Source of the DNA: Parachlamydiales bacterium
GTDB lineage: Bacteria > Chlamydiota > Chlamydiia > Chlamydiales > JAFEGQ01
DNA length: 64,000 bases
Direction of reading: 5' to 3'
NCBI GenBank assembly: GCA_050250135.1
Contig: JBFWPF010000006.1
Location: forward strand, 8,971-72,970
Shown: in pieces, positions 1 through 9,757 of the stretch
Position numbering within the stretch: the first letter of the stretch is position 1
How the letters are laid out: each line of letters opens with the position of its first letter
Notes under the pieces: model-generated
The model's database searches: none
What the model saw: only the letters and a program-made list of their open reading frames with translations
Told to the model about the DNA's origin: nothing
Position numbers and translations under genes: made by a program

Positions 1-1153
1 GGTAGGGCAGCCTCTCCCCCACTTCGCCAATAAACCCCTTTACCAATAGCTGTTTTGCCCCCTTTGTGGCTACCCCACGGGAGGTCAGGTAGAAGAGCTC
101 CTCCTCCCCCAATTGGCCAGTGGTGGAGCCGTGGGAGGCTTTGACATCGTCGGCAAAAATCTCGAGGTTGGGCTCGCTATAGGCGATCGCCCCCTCGCTA
201 AGGAGGAGGTTGTTGTTGAGCTGGAAGGCGTCGGTCTTCTGGGCCTCCCTGTCGACCCAGATCTTCCCGGCAAAACGGGAGCGGGAGCGATCGGAAAGTA
301 AATTTTTAAATAGCTGGGAGGAGGTGGTGTAGGGGGCGAGGTGTTCGACGAGGATGTTGGCCTGAGCGCTCCGGGCGGCGGAGAGGCAGAAGGTGCCGGA
401 GAGGTGAACATCGCTATTGGGCTCGAGAAGGGAGGCACGGATATCGTGATCGCTCCTTTTTGCTCCCCGGTCGGCGATCACCACCTCGAGGCGGCTGTCC
501 CGCTTTTGGGTAGAGCGGACGGCGCTAAATAGGGTGGCCTGGGGAGCGTCGGTGAGGGCAGTGAGCTTAACGGAGGCATTCTCCTCTACCGCAAGGTCGA
601 CCATCCCATTGACGAGGGCTGAGGTGGGGGTAGAGAGGGTGGAGAGGAGCTCGATCTGGGAGCCGGCACCGGCGTAGAGGTGGAGGCGGGGAGAGGCGAG
701 GGTGCGGTCGGAAACGAGGTGGATCACCTGGACAACGCCGGGGATCTGGGTATTGGGGGGGAGGTAGAGGAAGGCGCCGTTGCCGTGGAGGGCCCCGTTG
801 AGGAGGGAGAGGGGGTCCTGCTCTCCTTTGAGGAGGCGCCCGAGCCGGTTGCCCAGGAAGGTGCCGTAGGTTGTTTGGGCCTGGGAAAGGGTAAGGGGCT
901 TAAGGGGCCCCGGATTCGAAAGGTCGGGGAGGTAGTGCCCGTCGAGAAAAACGAGGGTGTGGTCAAAGAGGCGGGCCCTCTCCACTTCGGCAGGATCGGG
1001 GGTCCGGGAGGGGAGGGTGACCGGGTCGATCTGGATGCGGGGAAAGGGGGTATCGCAAAAGCGGCTCCAGCTCTTGGCGCGGATCTGGGTGAGGCCGTCG
1101 GCCCCGGCAAGGGTCTGGTAGAAGCTCTCGAGGAGATCGGCTAGGTGGCCCAC
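1..1153 (-). CDS. sufD: Fe-S cluster assembly protein SufD; the 3' end runs off the window, so a short C-terminal piece is missing
   Basis: It is absent from the ORF track because it has no stop codon inside the window. My manual minus-strand translation (codons at 2-4, 5-7, ...) reads ...EPNLEIFADDVKASHGSTTGQLGEEELFYLTSRGVATKGAKQLLVKGFIGEVGERLPY, the conserved SufB/SufD C-terminal core. A candidate GTG start at 1153-1151 overlaps the sufC stop by 13 nt. The gene order is sufB-sufC-sufD. Confidence 0.8.
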   Translation of the reverse strand, partial: MGHLADLLESFYQTLAGADGLTQIRAKSWSRFCDTPFPRIQIDPVTLPSRTPDPAEVERARLFDHTLVFLDGHYLPDLSNPGPLKPLTLSQAQTTYGTFLGNRLGRLLKGEQDPLSLLNGALHGNGAFLYLPPNTQIPGVVQVIHLVSDRTLASPRLHLYAGAGSQIELLSTLSTPTSALVNGMVDLAVEENASVKLTALTDAPQATLFSAVRSTQKRDSRLEVVIADRGAKRSDHDIRASLLEPNSDVHLSGTFCLSAARSAQANILVEHLAPYTTSSQLFKNLLSDRSRSRFAGKIWVDREAQKTDAFQLNNNLLLSEGAIAYSEPNLEIFADDVKASHGSTTGQLGEEELFYLTSRGVATKGAKQLLVKGFIGEVGERLPY

Positions 1154-1863
1154 TCGTACCCCTCCGCTTCGAGTTTCTGAGCGAGCTCTGCCCCTCCCGA
1201 TTCGGCGATGCGGCCGTCAACCATGACGTGGACGTAGTCGGGTTTGATGTAGTTCAACAGGCGCTGGTAGTGGGTGATTAAAATGAGGGAGCGCTGCCCC
1301 TCCATCAGGCTATTCACCCCATCAGCAACGATCTTGAGGGCGTCGATGTCGAGCCCTGAGTCGGTCTCATCGAGGATCGCCAGCTTAGGGTCGAGGAGGG
1401 CCATCTGGAGGATCTCATTCCGCTTCTTCTCCCCTCCAGAAAAGCCCTCGTTCACCCCCCGCTGCGCAAAAACGGCGGGGACCCGAATCCTCTCCATCTT
1501 CTGCTGGAGGAGGGCCTCAAACTCATCGCGAGAGAGCTTCCCATGGACCGCTTGGTAGGCGGCGTGGAGGAAGTCGGTGTTGGTAACGCCGGGAATCTCG
1601 ATCGGGTACTGGAAGCCGATAAAAAGGCCGAGGCGGGCCCGCTCCTCGGGCTCAAGATCAGCTAGGTCCTCGCCATTAAAGCGGATGTGGCCTGCCGTGA
1701 TCTCGTAGGCAGGGTGCCCGCCGACCACTTTGGCCAGCGTCGATTTGCCCGCTCCGTTGGGGCCCATGATCGCATGAATCTCCCCCGGCTTTACGGTAAG
1801 GGAGAGCCCCTTCAGGATAGGGGCCCCCTCAACCTCTACGCACAGCTCCTCTATCTGAAACAT
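1141..1863 (-). CDS. sufC: Fe-S cluster assembly ATPase SufC
   Basis: 240 aa. It has Walker A GPNGAGKST, ABC signature FSGGEKKRNEI and Walker B LAILDETDSGLD, and is flanked by sufB and sufD. Confidence 0.95.
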   Translation of the reverse strand: MFQIEELCVEVEGAPILKGLSLTVKPGEIHAIMGPNGAGKSTLAKVVGGHPAYEITAGHIRFNGEDLADLEPEERARLGLFIGFQYPIEIPGVTNTDFLHAAYQAVHGKLSRDEFEALLQQKMERIRVPAVFAQRGVNEGFSGGEKKRNEILQMALLDPKLAILDETDSGLDIDALKIVADGVNSLMEGQRSLILITHYQRLLNYIKPDYVHVMVDGRIAESGGAELAQKLEAEGYEWAT

Positions 1864-3299
1864 CAGCCCACCGATCCTTCGAGTTTTAGGGTCAATAACT
1901 TGTCGGCCTCCTGCGCAAATTCGAGGGGGAGCTCTTTGAGCACCTCCTTGCAGAAACCACTCACCACAAAGTTGATCGCATCCTCCCGACCTAAGCCGCG
2001 CGACTGGAGGTAGAAGAGCTGCTCCTCGTTCATCTTGGAGGTGGAGGCCTCATGCTCGACCGACGCGGTCGAGGTGCCCACCTCAATCACCGGAAAGGTG
2101 TTGGCCGAGCAGCGGTTGCCGACGAGCATCGAGTCGCACTGGGTGTAGTTGCGGGCCCCTTCCGCCTTGCGGCCGATCAGCACCTGCCCGCGGTAGGTGT
2201 TGTGGGAGGTGTCGGCCGAGATCCCCTTGGAGATGATCGTAGAGCGGGTCCGCTTGCCGGTGTGGATCATCTTGGTGCCGGTGTCGGCTTGCATCTGCCC
2301 GTTGGTGAGGGCGACCGAGTAGAATTCGCCGACCGAGTCGTCGCCGATAAGGAGGCAGCTGGGGTACTTCCAGGTGATCGCTGCCCCCGCTTCTACTTGG
2401 GTCCAGGTAATCTTCGAGCGGCGGCCGAGACACTTGCCCCGCTTGGTGACAAAGTTGTAAATCCCCCCTTTCCCCGTCTTGGGATCGCCAGCGTACCAGT
2501 TCTGCACGGTTGAGTACTTAATGGTTGCGTCGTCGAGAGCGATAAGCTCGACGATAGCGGCGTGGAGCTGGTTGGTGTCATAGGCGGGGGCGGTGCACCC
2601 CTCAAGGTAGCTGACCGAGGAGCCCTCCTCAGCTACCATCAGGGTCCGCTCAAACTGCCCCGACTCCTGATCGTTGATCCGGAAGTAGGTCGAGAGCTCC
2701 ATGGGACACTCCACCCCCTTGGGCACATAGATAAAAGAGCCATCGGTAAAAACAGCCGAGTTGAGGGTAGCAAAGAAATTGTCGCCGATGGGGACAACGG
2801 TGCCTAAATATTTTTCTACTATCTCGGGGTAGCGCTGGATTGCTTCGGAGATGGAGCAGAGAACCACCCCCGCCTCATCCAATTTTTGCTTAAAGGTGGT
2901 GCCGATCGAGACCGAATCAAAGACCATGTCGACCGCAACGTTAGTGAGCCGCTTCTGCTCGTCAAGGGGTATCCCGAGCTTTTCGAAGGTGCGGAGGACC
3001 TCGGGATCGACCTCATCGAGGCTCCCCAGAACGGGCTTCTTTTTCGGGGCCGAGTAGTAGCGGATATCCTGATAATCGATGGGGGGGTAGGTGCAGTGGC
3101 ACCAGTGGGGCTCTTTGAGCTCAAGCCACTTGCGGAAAGCCTTGAGCCGAAACTCGAGCATAAAGGGGGGCTCCCCTTTTACCGCGCTAAGCTGCCGCAC
3201 CGTCTCCTCGGTCAGCCCCTTGGGGAACCGGTCCGATTCGACCTCGGTGACAAAGCCATATTTGTAGTCCTGCCGCTCGTAAGCGAGATCTTGAGCCAT
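1863..3299 (-). CDS. sufB: Fe-S cluster assembly scaffold SufB
   Basis: 478 aa with a full-length SufB-like sequence ([33 protein letters not shown] ... [21 protein letters not shown]). Its stop overlaps the sufC start by 1 nt. Confidence 0.95.
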   Translation of the reverse strand: MAQDLAYERQDYKYGFVTEVESDRFPKGLTEETVRQLSAVKGEPPFMLEFRLKAFRKWLELKEPHWCHCTYPPIDYQDIRYYSAPKKKPVLGSLDEVDPEVLRTFEKLGIPLDEQKRLTNVAVDMVFDSVSIGTTFKQKLDEAGVVLCSISEAIQRYPEIVEKYLGTVVPIGDNFFATLNSAVFTDGSFIYVPKGVECPMELSTYFRINDQESGQFERTLMVAEEGSSVSYLEGCTAPAYDTNQLHAAIVELIALDDATIKYSTVQNWYAGDPKTGKGGIYNFVTKRGKCLGRRSKITWTQVEAGAAITWKYPSCLLIGDDSVGEFYSVALTNGQMQADTGTKMIHTGKRTRSTIISKGISADTSHNTYRGQVLIGRKAEGARNYTQCDSMLVGNRCSANTFPVIEVGTSTASVEHEASTSKMNEEQLFYLQSRGLGREDAINFVVSGFCKEVLKELPLEFAQEADKLLTLKLEGSVG

Positions 3300-3323
3300 G
3301 GCAAGAGGGTAACATCTTCCCTA

Positions 3324-6300
3324 CTATTCTTGTAGGGATCGCCATTTCTTGATCATTTGGGCGGCGAGGGGGGCCGCCTCCCTTCCGTAATCCCCATATT
3401 TGAGGTAGACGACCACCACGAGCTCCGGCCTTCCGAAGGTAGTCCCGGTGATCTCCTCCGGCTTAAAAGAGACCCCAGCAAACCAGATATGGTTATAGGT
3501 ATTGGTGCCGGTGAAGGGGTCGAGGTCAACCGTTTCGACCGCCTCGCTAGTGCTGGTTTTCCCCACAATTTGCTTGTAGAGGGCCCGGTAGTCCTGGACG
3601 ATCCAGGGGGCCTCTTGGTAGCTCCGGATCACCGAGGGGCGGGCCCCTCCCTGCTCCCCTTGAACGGCAAGGCGCATCCCCTCCAAGAGCTCACGGCGAA
3701 CGGCGTCGGGGATCTCGAGCTGACGGACCACCTCCGCTTCGCCTTTAAAAATCTGAGGCTTAAAGACCCTCCCCCCGTTCACCAGCGCTGAGAGCATCAC
3801 AGCAGTCTGGAGGGGGGTAACGACGAGGGTATGTTGCCCATCGACATAGGAGTAGAGGCCGGTCCGGTTGGTGGCCAGGTCGTCGGGGAGCCTTCCGGCA
3901 TACTCGCCGGGAAGCTCGATCCCCGTCCGGGCCCCGTAGGAGAGCTGGCGGGCCCGCCGGTTGAGGTCCTCCGGATCCTCGATATGGTCGACCGCCAATA
4001 TGCCAAAGTAGGAATTACTCGAGGTTTCGAGGGCCTTGACGAGGTCGATCTTCCCGACATGGCGCCGGTGGGTCCTGAGGAGCTTCCCCCCTTTGTAGCG
4101 CTGGGAGATCGCTTTACCCTCCAATGTAAAACCAACGTTCCATTGGTTCCCCGTCCCCTTGTGGACATCATCCACCATGGTGAAAGGGCTGATCGGAGCC
4201 GCCCGCCCGGCGAGCTTCTCATGCCGCTGCATCAGAGCCTCAAAGGCGGGGACAAACTTGAAGACCGACCCCTGAATGGTCGCCTGCCGATAAGCATGGG
4301 AGCGGCCATACCCAAAGCCATAGCGGGGATAGAAGGCAGCAGCGAGATCCCGCTCCACCTGATGGCCCGGTTTGCCCCGCAGGTAGCGGTAGTGCCCCCA
4401 CAAAGGGCGGCTCAGCTCGGCAAAGGGGCGGACGGTGGCGAGCCACTCACAGCCGATCGAAAAGGGGTGGGGGGCGAGGAAGGCGCGCAGCTGCTCATAG
4501 GCCCCATGCCACGGCTCCCCCCTGTGGGCCCCCCCTTCAAGCTCCCTCCCAAGGGTAAGCATCAGATCGGCATAGGGGGCAAAATCGGCTTCAATCTCAA
4601 CAGGACCCTCAGGCCCCTTGACCAGCAGGGCCACACAGCTCCACCGCACCCCCTCCCAGAAGGCCCTGAATTGCGCCCGCTCCTCAGCATCGAGATAGTC
4701 CAGGTAGGGATGCTGGTAGCTATGGGCCTCCTCCTCCTGCCGCCGCTTCTCCTTCAGGAAGACCTTCTGATTTTTGGCCCGCCACCGGGCAAACTGATGG
4801 TCGTGGAAAAGCTCGCGGGCATAGCGCCGAAGGGCCCCTTCGAGAACGCAAGCGGACTGACAAAGGGTCCGGTAGTCGGCAAGCGTGGTCTTGCCCACCG
4901 CCTCCATCAGCGAACGAGAGAAGAAGGCGGGATCGACCAACAGCTGACACAGGTCGAGGATAAGGAGCTTCTCGTAGTTGGTGGGGGCGCTCGCTAGGAA
5001 GGGGTCAAAGAGGGATCTTCCCTCAGCTGAGAGTGCCTCGGCAGGGAGGGGCTGATCCCCCTCGCGGTGGTAAAGGCCATTCATCACCCCTCTTGGGTCC
5101 CGCTCCCCTACAAGCTCCCGAAACCTCTCCTGAAGAACCGCCGCCCGCCGGATCGTCCCTACCCTCTCAAGCCCCTTCCGGACCGCCCCCTCCTTGGAGA
5201 GGGCCAGCTCCTCGTAGAACGGGAAGGTGAGGAAACGGCCCTCATCTTCAAACTGCTTGGTCACCACGTTAAAGTTCTCCCGCTCAAGGGGGCGCTTCCC
5301 ATCCCAAATCTCCCCTAAATGGCGGTCGGTCTCAAACCACCGGAGAAGCTGAGAGACCCGCTCCTCCTCTCTCTCCGGGCTGCCCGACGGGATAAAGGTG
5401 TTCGCGTCGGTCCGCGGATAGGAGGCAAGGGCCAGCACCTCACCGCTATTCGGGTCCATCACCACAATCGCCCCCCCCTTTATCCAGGGGTCCTTCAGAC
5501 CCGTGTAAAGCCGCTTTACATAGTCAAACTTATGGCTCCGCCCATCCCGATACCGCTCCGTTTGGGCCAACAGCTCCTCGGCATAGCGCTGGAGCTCAAC
5601 CGAAAGGGCCAACGTGACCGGCTCCCCATGGACCGCCTCGCGCCTTCCTGGCAACTCACTCAAAAACGTTCCATAGATATCCTGCTCAAAAAATGTTTTA
5701 CCGCAGAACCCTCTTAGCCGCTCATCGCATACCTTCTCGATTCCCCCTTTTCCAACCGCATCCTGGAGGGAGTAGGAGCGCTCTTGAAGCTCGGCAAGGC
5801 GCCTCTCCGCCTCCTCGATCGCCGACACCCCCTTAGGCAAGAGAACGGGATCTCCCCGGAGGTAGCCTGCGATGTACTCCTTGAGCACGCGGATCTCGTC
5901 GGCCACCCGGAGGTACTCCTCGCGGCTAATCGGGCCCACATAACCAATCACTTCGGCGGCCACCTTTCCTTGGGGGTAGTCCCGCCGCATCTCCCGCTGG
6001 GCGGTCAGCCCCGGCCACTCCCGCTCGAGCATCCGGAGGCGGTAGTAGGTCTCCTCGGGGAGGTCGGAGCGGATCACATAGGGGACATTCGGAAACAGAG
6101 AGGCCTTGGAGTGGATGAGGTCCTCAATCCGCCCCCTATCCATCTGCAGCTCATCGGCCAGGAGGGTGGCCAGCTTTTCAATATGTTCCTTACGGGCAAA
6201 GTGCTTCTCCCCGCTGCGCTTGACCACCCTCGGAATCTCCCGAATAGGGGCATAGGTGATCGCCACATTGTATTGGACCCGATTGGTGGCGAGGGGGAGG

Positions 6301-6497
6301 TGGAACCGGTCTTCGATGATCCCCCGCTCAGGCTTAAGGGGAACCGCTCGGGTTTGGAAGCGGCGGGCCTCCCCCGTCCTAGCCTCATGCTGCACAACAG
6401 CGACCTGCCAGACCCGGGCGAGAACCAAAACAAAAACGACCAAAATTCCCTTGAGAATTCGGTTGGCCTTTTGGGGGATGGAGGGTTGACGGGTCAT
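3324..6497 (-). CDS. pbp2: Penicillin-binding protein 2 (class B transpeptidase), enlarged chlamydial type
   Basis: 1057 aa with an N-terminal membrane anchor (ILKGILVVFVLVLARVW). Transpeptidase motifs are SxxK (GSVFKFV), SxN (SSNSYF) and KT[GS] (GKTSTS). It is much longer than typical PBP2, as in chlamydial PBP2, and lies next to rpsB as in Chlamydia. Confidence 0.85.
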   Translation of the reverse strand: MTRQPSIPQKANRILKGILVVFVLVLARVWQVAVVQHEARTGEARRFQTRAVPLKPERGIIEDRFHLPLATNRVQYNVAITYAPIREIPRVVKRSGEKHFARKEHIEKLATLLADELQMDRGRIEDLIHSKASLFPNVPYVIRSDLPEETYYRLRMLEREWPGLTAQREMRRDYPQGKVAAEVIGYVGPISREEYLRVADEIRVLKEYIAGYLRGDPVLLPKGVSAIEEAERRLAELQERSYSLQDAVGKGGIEKVCDERLRGFCGKTFFEQDIYGTFLSELPGRREAVHGEPVTLALSVELQRYAEELLAQTERYRDGRSHKFDYVKRLYTGLKDPWIKGGAIVVMDPNSGEVLALASYPRTDANTFIPSGSPEREEERVSQLLRWFETDRHLGEIWDGKRPLERENFNVVTKQFEDEGRFLTFPFYEELALSKEGAVRKGLERVGTIRRAAVLQERFRELVGERDPRGVMNGLYHREGDQPLPAEALSAEGRSLFDPFLASAPTNYEKLLILDLCQLLVDPAFFSRSLMEAVGKTTLADYRTLCQSACVLEGALRRYARELFHDHQFARWRAKNQKVFLKEKRRQEEEAHSYQHPYLDYLDAEERAQFRAFWEGVRWSCVALLVKGPEGPVEIEADFAPYADLMLTLGRELEGGAHRGEPWHGAYEQLRAFLAPHPFSIGCEWLATVRPFAELSRPLWGHYRYLRGKPGHQVERDLAAAFYPRYGFGYGRSHAYRQATIQGSVFKFVPAFEALMQRHEKLAGRAAPISPFTMVDDVHKGTGNQWNVGFTLEGKAISQRYKGGKLLRTHRRHVGKIDLVKALETSSNSYFGILAVDHIEDPEDLNRRARQLSYGARTGIELPGEYAGRLPDDLATNRTGLYSYVDGQHTLVVTPLQTAVMLSALVNGGRVFKPQIFKGEAEVVRQLEIPDAVRRELLEGMRLAVQGEQGGARPSVIRSYQEAPWIVQDYRALYKQIVGKTSTSEAVETVDLDPFTGTNTYNHIWFAGVSFKPEEITGTTFGRPELVVVVYLKYGDYGREAAPLAAQMIKKWRSLQE

Positions 6498-6593
6498 AGT
6501 CTAGAGATTAGGGAGTTCCCCCTGTTTTCTGAAAGCTAGGAACTTGAGGGAAATCCCTCATCAAGGCTATCTTCGGTAGGCAACAGTACGTCA

Positions 6594-6729
6594 TTAGAAA
6601 GTTATCACAGGCGGCCTCTTAGCGAATCGGGCCAGATTGTTGAAGTCGCGACGAAGCCCATAGCCAAAGCGCTATGGGTGAGAAGCGAGATCAGCAAGAG
6701 GACGACGCCATAACCTTTTAAGGGCGTAC
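6594..6729 (+). repeat. Repeat family 2, copy a (136 bp), ending 7 nt upstream of tRNA-Gly
   Basis: It aligns along its length with 10015-10167: TTAGAAAGTTA..GCGGCCTCTTAGCGAATCG.G.CAGATTGTTGA.GTCGCGACGAAGCCCATAGCC....GCGCTATGGGTGAG.AGCGAG...CAGCAAGAGGACG.CGCCATAA..TTTTAAGGGCGTAC. It contains a conserved hairpin CCCATAGC/GCTATGGG with a variable loop. Confidence 0.8.
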
Positions 6730-6736
6730 GGGAAAT

Positions 6737-6807
6737 GCGCCTGTAGTTCAATGGTAGAACAGTAGCCTTCCAAGCTACGAGTGTCAGTTCGATTCTGATC
6801 AGGCGCT
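6737..6807 (+). tRNA. tRNA-Gly (anticodon UCC)
   Basis: A 71-nt cloverleaf folded by hand. Acceptor stem is GCGCCTG/CAGGCGC, anticodon stem GTAGC/GCTAC with loop CTTCCAA, and T-arm GTCAG-TTCGATT-CTGAT. Confidence 0.9.
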
Positions 6808-6877
6808 AACTTTTTAACAACCAAGGCCGAAATCTCCACTTAGTGGGGATGCCGTAGTCAGCAAGGAGGGACAAGGC

Positions 6878-7618
6878 TTGGAACAGACCGTAAAACTTAA
6901 AACTACACTTAAAGAACTTCTTGAGGCCGCCGCTCACTTCGGCCACCGGACCGACCGGTGGAACCCGAAGATGAAGCGCTTTATTTTTGAAGAGCGCAAT
7001 GGGCTCTACATCATCGACCTTTCGAAAACGATGGAGCAGCTCCGAGCAGCTGTCCAGATCGTTCGGAAGGTAGTCGCGAGTAAAAAATCGGTCCTTTTCG
7101 TGGGCACCAAAAAGCAGGCCAAAGGGGTGATCCAAGAGGCGGCTGAGCGGTGTGGCGAATTCTACGTCTCTGAGCGGTGGCTCGGCGGCATGCTGACCAA
7201 CCTCTCAACGCTCCGCCAGTCGGTTAAGAAACTCGACCGGATCGAAAAAGAGATCGGGACCGAAGCCGAAGCGCGCACCAAGAAGGAGCTAGCCCACATG
7301 ACCAAGCTCCAACTCAAATTGGAGCGGAACCTCTCGGGTATCCGCAATATGCGAAAAACGCCGGGTCTTGTGATCGTTGTCGACCCAAGCAAGGAGCATA
7401 TCGCCGTTGCTGAGGCGCGGAAGCTGAATATCCCCGTCATGGCGCTGATCGACACTAACTGCGATCCCGATCCGATCGATTACATCATCGCCTGTAACGA
7501 CGATGCGCTGAAGAGCATTAAGCTGATTGTCGACGAATTGGCCGAAGTGATTATCGACGAGAAAGGGAAGGTAAAAGGGTCGGCGAAAGGGGAAGTCAAA
7601 GAGGGGGAAGAGGCATGA
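6878..7618 (+). CDS. rpsB: 30S ribosomal protein S2
   Basis: 246 aa (LLEAAAHFGHRTDRWNPKMKRFIFEERNGLYIIDL). It has a TTG start 8 nt after an AAGGAGG ribosome-binding site at 6863-6869. Confidence 0.95.
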   Translation: MEQTVKLKTTLKELLEAAAHFGHRTDRWNPKMKRFIFEERNGLYIIDLSKTMEQLRAAVQIVRKVVASKKSVLFVGTKKQAKGVIQEAAERCGEFYVSERWLGGMLTNLSTLRQSVKKLDRIEKEIGTEAEARTKKELAHMTKLQLKLERNLSGIRNMRKTPGLVIVVDPSKEHIAVAEARKLNIPVMALIDTNCDPDPIDYIIACNDDALKSIKLIVDELAEVIIDEKGKVKGSAKGEVKEGEEA

Positions 7619-8457
7619 ACATCACACCCGAAATGGTTAAAGAGCTAAGGCGGCGGACCGGCATCGGCGTCGGCAAGTGCAAAGAGGCACTTGTAGAGGC
7701 GGGCGGGGACATCGAAACTGCGATCGCCAACCTCCGCAAGGCGGGCATGGCCTCAGCTGTGAAGAAAGAGGGGCGCGAGATTAAAGAGGGGATGATCGCC
7801 CACGCCAAAGGGAAGAGCGCCATTGCCGTCGTCGAAATCGGTGCTGAGACCGACTTTGTCGTCCAAAATGAGCGGTTCCAGGCCTTTGCCAAAGAGGTCG
7901 CTCAGGTAGCGGCCGACCAGGCAATCGACAGCCTCGAAACCCTGATCAAGGCCCGTTCGACGAGCGACCCTTCGATGACGCTCGATGAGCTTCGCGCCTC
8001 AACGATTCAGAGCCTCGGCGAGAACATCCAGATCAGCCGGATCAAGCTCCACAAAGTCGCCTCAGGGCACTCGGTGGCCATCTACTCCCACATGGGAGGG
8101 AAGATCGTGACCGTGATCGACCTCAAAGGGAGTGACCAGGAGGAGGCGCTTGCCAGAGAGGTGGCGATGCACGCGGCCGCTGAAGCGCCCGAGTACCTGA
8201 CACCCGATGAGATCCCTGCCGATGTCAAAGCAAAGGAAGAGGAGATCGCTCGAGGACAAATCCAAAACAAACCGCGCGAGATCCAGGACAAGATCGTCCA
8301 AGGAAAGCTCGAGGCCTTTTATGCCCAGGTCTGCTTACCTCGGCAGAAGTTTGTTAAAGACCCGAGCGTCACCATCCAACAGCTGATCGAAAAGCGGGCT
8401 AAGGAGGGCGGCAAGCCCCTCTCGCTGGCTGGGTTTATCCGCTGGTCGATCGAGTAA
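7615..8457 (+). CDS. tsf: Elongation factor Ts
   Basis: 280 aa with an N-terminal UBA-like EF-Ts motif (ITPEMVKELRRRTGIGVGKCKEALVEAGGDIETAI). An ATGA overlap links it to rpsB. Confidence 0.95.
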   Translation: MNITPEMVKELRRRTGIGVGKCKEALVEAGGDIETAIANLRKAGMASAVKKEGREIKEGMIAHAKGKSAIAVVEIGAETDFVVQNERFQAFAKEVAQVAADQAIDSLETLIKARSTSDPSMTLDELRASTIQSLGENIQISRIKLHKVASGHSVAIYSHMGGKIVTVIDLKGSDQEEALAREVAMHAAAEAPEYLTPDEIPADVKAKEEEIARGQIQNKPREIQDKIVQGKLEAFYAQVCLPRQKFVKDPSVTIQQLIEKRAKEGGKPLSLAGFIRWSIE

Positions 8458-9158
8458 TGGGTCGCCGCCGGATCCTCCTCAAGCTCTCAGGTGAAGCCCT
8501 CATGGGGCAAAAGGGGTTTGGGGTCGATCCGGATTATCTCACCTCCATCGCAGCCACCCTGAAAGGGATCCAGCAAAAGGGGATCCAGATTGGGGTGGTG
8601 ATTGGAGGGGGGAATATCTTCCGGGGGATCCAACGGGACACCTTCGGAATGGAGCGGGCCCCCGCTGACCATATCGGGATGCTCGCCACCGTAATCAACG
8701 GGATCGCCCTCCAGCAGGCCCTCCGGCAACAGGGGGCTCCCTGCCGCGTGATGAGCGCCCTCGGGGAGACCGACATCGTGGAGCCCTTCATCTGGGATGT
8801 CGCCCTCCGCTACCTCGACTCGGGCGCCATCGTCCTCTTTGTAGGAGGGACAGGCAACCCCTTTTTCACGACCGACACCTCCGCTGCGCTAAGGGCCGCC
8901 CAGATCAACGCCGACCTCCTCCTGAAGGCCACCAATGTCGATGGGGTCTACGATCGGGATCCCAAAGGGGATCCAAGCGCCCGCCGCTACGACCGCCTCA
9001 CCTACCACGAGGCTCTCCAGATGGAGCTACGGGTGATGGACGCCGCCGCTATCTCCATTTGCCGGGATAACGGGATTCCGATTAAAGTATTTGCGGTATC
9101 CTCCCTTGAGCGGGGGATTATGGAGGAAACTTTTGGAACAATGATCACCTCAGGATAG
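8457..9158 (+). CDS. pyrH: UMP kinase
   Basis: 233 aa with amino-acid kinase fold motifs (ILLKLSGEALMG ... VVIGGGNIFRG ... VGGTGNPFFTTDTSAALRA). Confidence 0.95.
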   Translation: MGRRRILLKLSGEALMGQKGFGVDPDYLTSIAATLKGIQQKGIQIGVVIGGGNIFRGIQRDTFGMERAPADHIGMLATVINGIALQQALRQQGAPCRVMSALGETDIVEPFIWDVALRYLDSGAIVLFVGGTGNPFFTTDTSAALRAAQINADLLLKATNVDGVYDRDPKGDPSARRYDRLTYHEALQMELRVMDAAAISICRDNGIPIKVFAVSSLERGIMEETFGTMITSG

Positions 9159-9161
9159 ATC

Positions 9162-9713
9162 ATGGGCATACAAGACCAGACAAAAAAAGAGATGACACAG
9201 GCCCTTACCCACCTCGAGACCGACCTCAAGGGGATTCGGACAGGGCGAGCTAACCCCTCCCTGCTGGACAGCGTTACGGCTGAGGTCTATGGGAGCCAGA
9301 TGCGGCTCAGGGATGTGGCCAACGTGACCGCCCCCGAGGCTCAACAGCTCCTGGTCACCCCCTTTGACGCCCATAACACCAACACGATTGGTAAGGCGAT
9401 TGAGCGGGCCAACCTCGGCATGCAGGTGGTTATCGAGGGGAACCTGATCCGGATCTTGGTCCCCCCCATGGATAAGGCGGTCCGCCAGGAGATGGTGAAG
9501 CAGTGTAAGCGGAAAGGGGAGGAGGCCAAGGTCTCCATCCGGAATATCCGGCGCAAGTACAACGACCTTGTCCGCAAGCAGAAGGCCGATGGGGAGATCA
9601 CAGAGGATGTGGTCAAGCGGGAGGAGAAGGGGATCCAGACCCTTACCGACGACTTTTGCGCTAAGGCCGATGCCCTAACCGCCGCCAAGGAAAAAGAGGT
9701 GATGGTTATTTGA
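9162..9713 (+). CDS. frr: Ribosome recycling factor
   Basis: 183 aa with a typical RRF sequence (LKGIRTGRANPSLLDSVTAEVYGSQMRLRDVANVT ... SIRNIRRKYND). Confidence 0.95.
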   Translation: MGIQDQTKKEMTQALTHLETDLKGIRTGRANPSLLDSVTAEVYGSQMRLRDVANVTAPEAQQLLVTPFDAHNTNTIGKAIERANLGMQVVIEGNLIRILVPPMDKAVRQEMVKQCKRKGEEAKVSIRNIRRKYNDLVRKQKADGEITEDVVKREEKGIQTLTDDFCAKADALTAAKEKEVMVI

Positions 9714-9757
9714 TCCTTGTGGCAAATAGCCTACCTAGGCTATGCTAGCCGCACGCT

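Noticed and set aside
85-1220. Track ORFs 85-438(-), 680-1144(+), 724-1110(-) and 963-1220(-).
   Set aside because: All are out of frame with, or antisense to, the SufD reading frame that I translated manually. Their products are low-complexity.
3831-6539. Long plus-strand ORFs (3831-4997, 5319-5717, 5784-6539) opposite pbp2.
   Set aside because: They are antisense artefacts. The pbp2 frame carries the SxxK/SxN/KT[GS] motifs, and the plus-frame products are Pro/Gly/Leu-rich with no recognisable features.
9726-9743. A palindrome ATAGCCTA-CC-TAGGCTAT between frr and tRNA-Glu, considered as a terminator.
   Set aside because: The loop is only 2 nt, there is no U-tract, and a tRNA gene follows 15 nt later. 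The evidence is insufficient to call a terminator.
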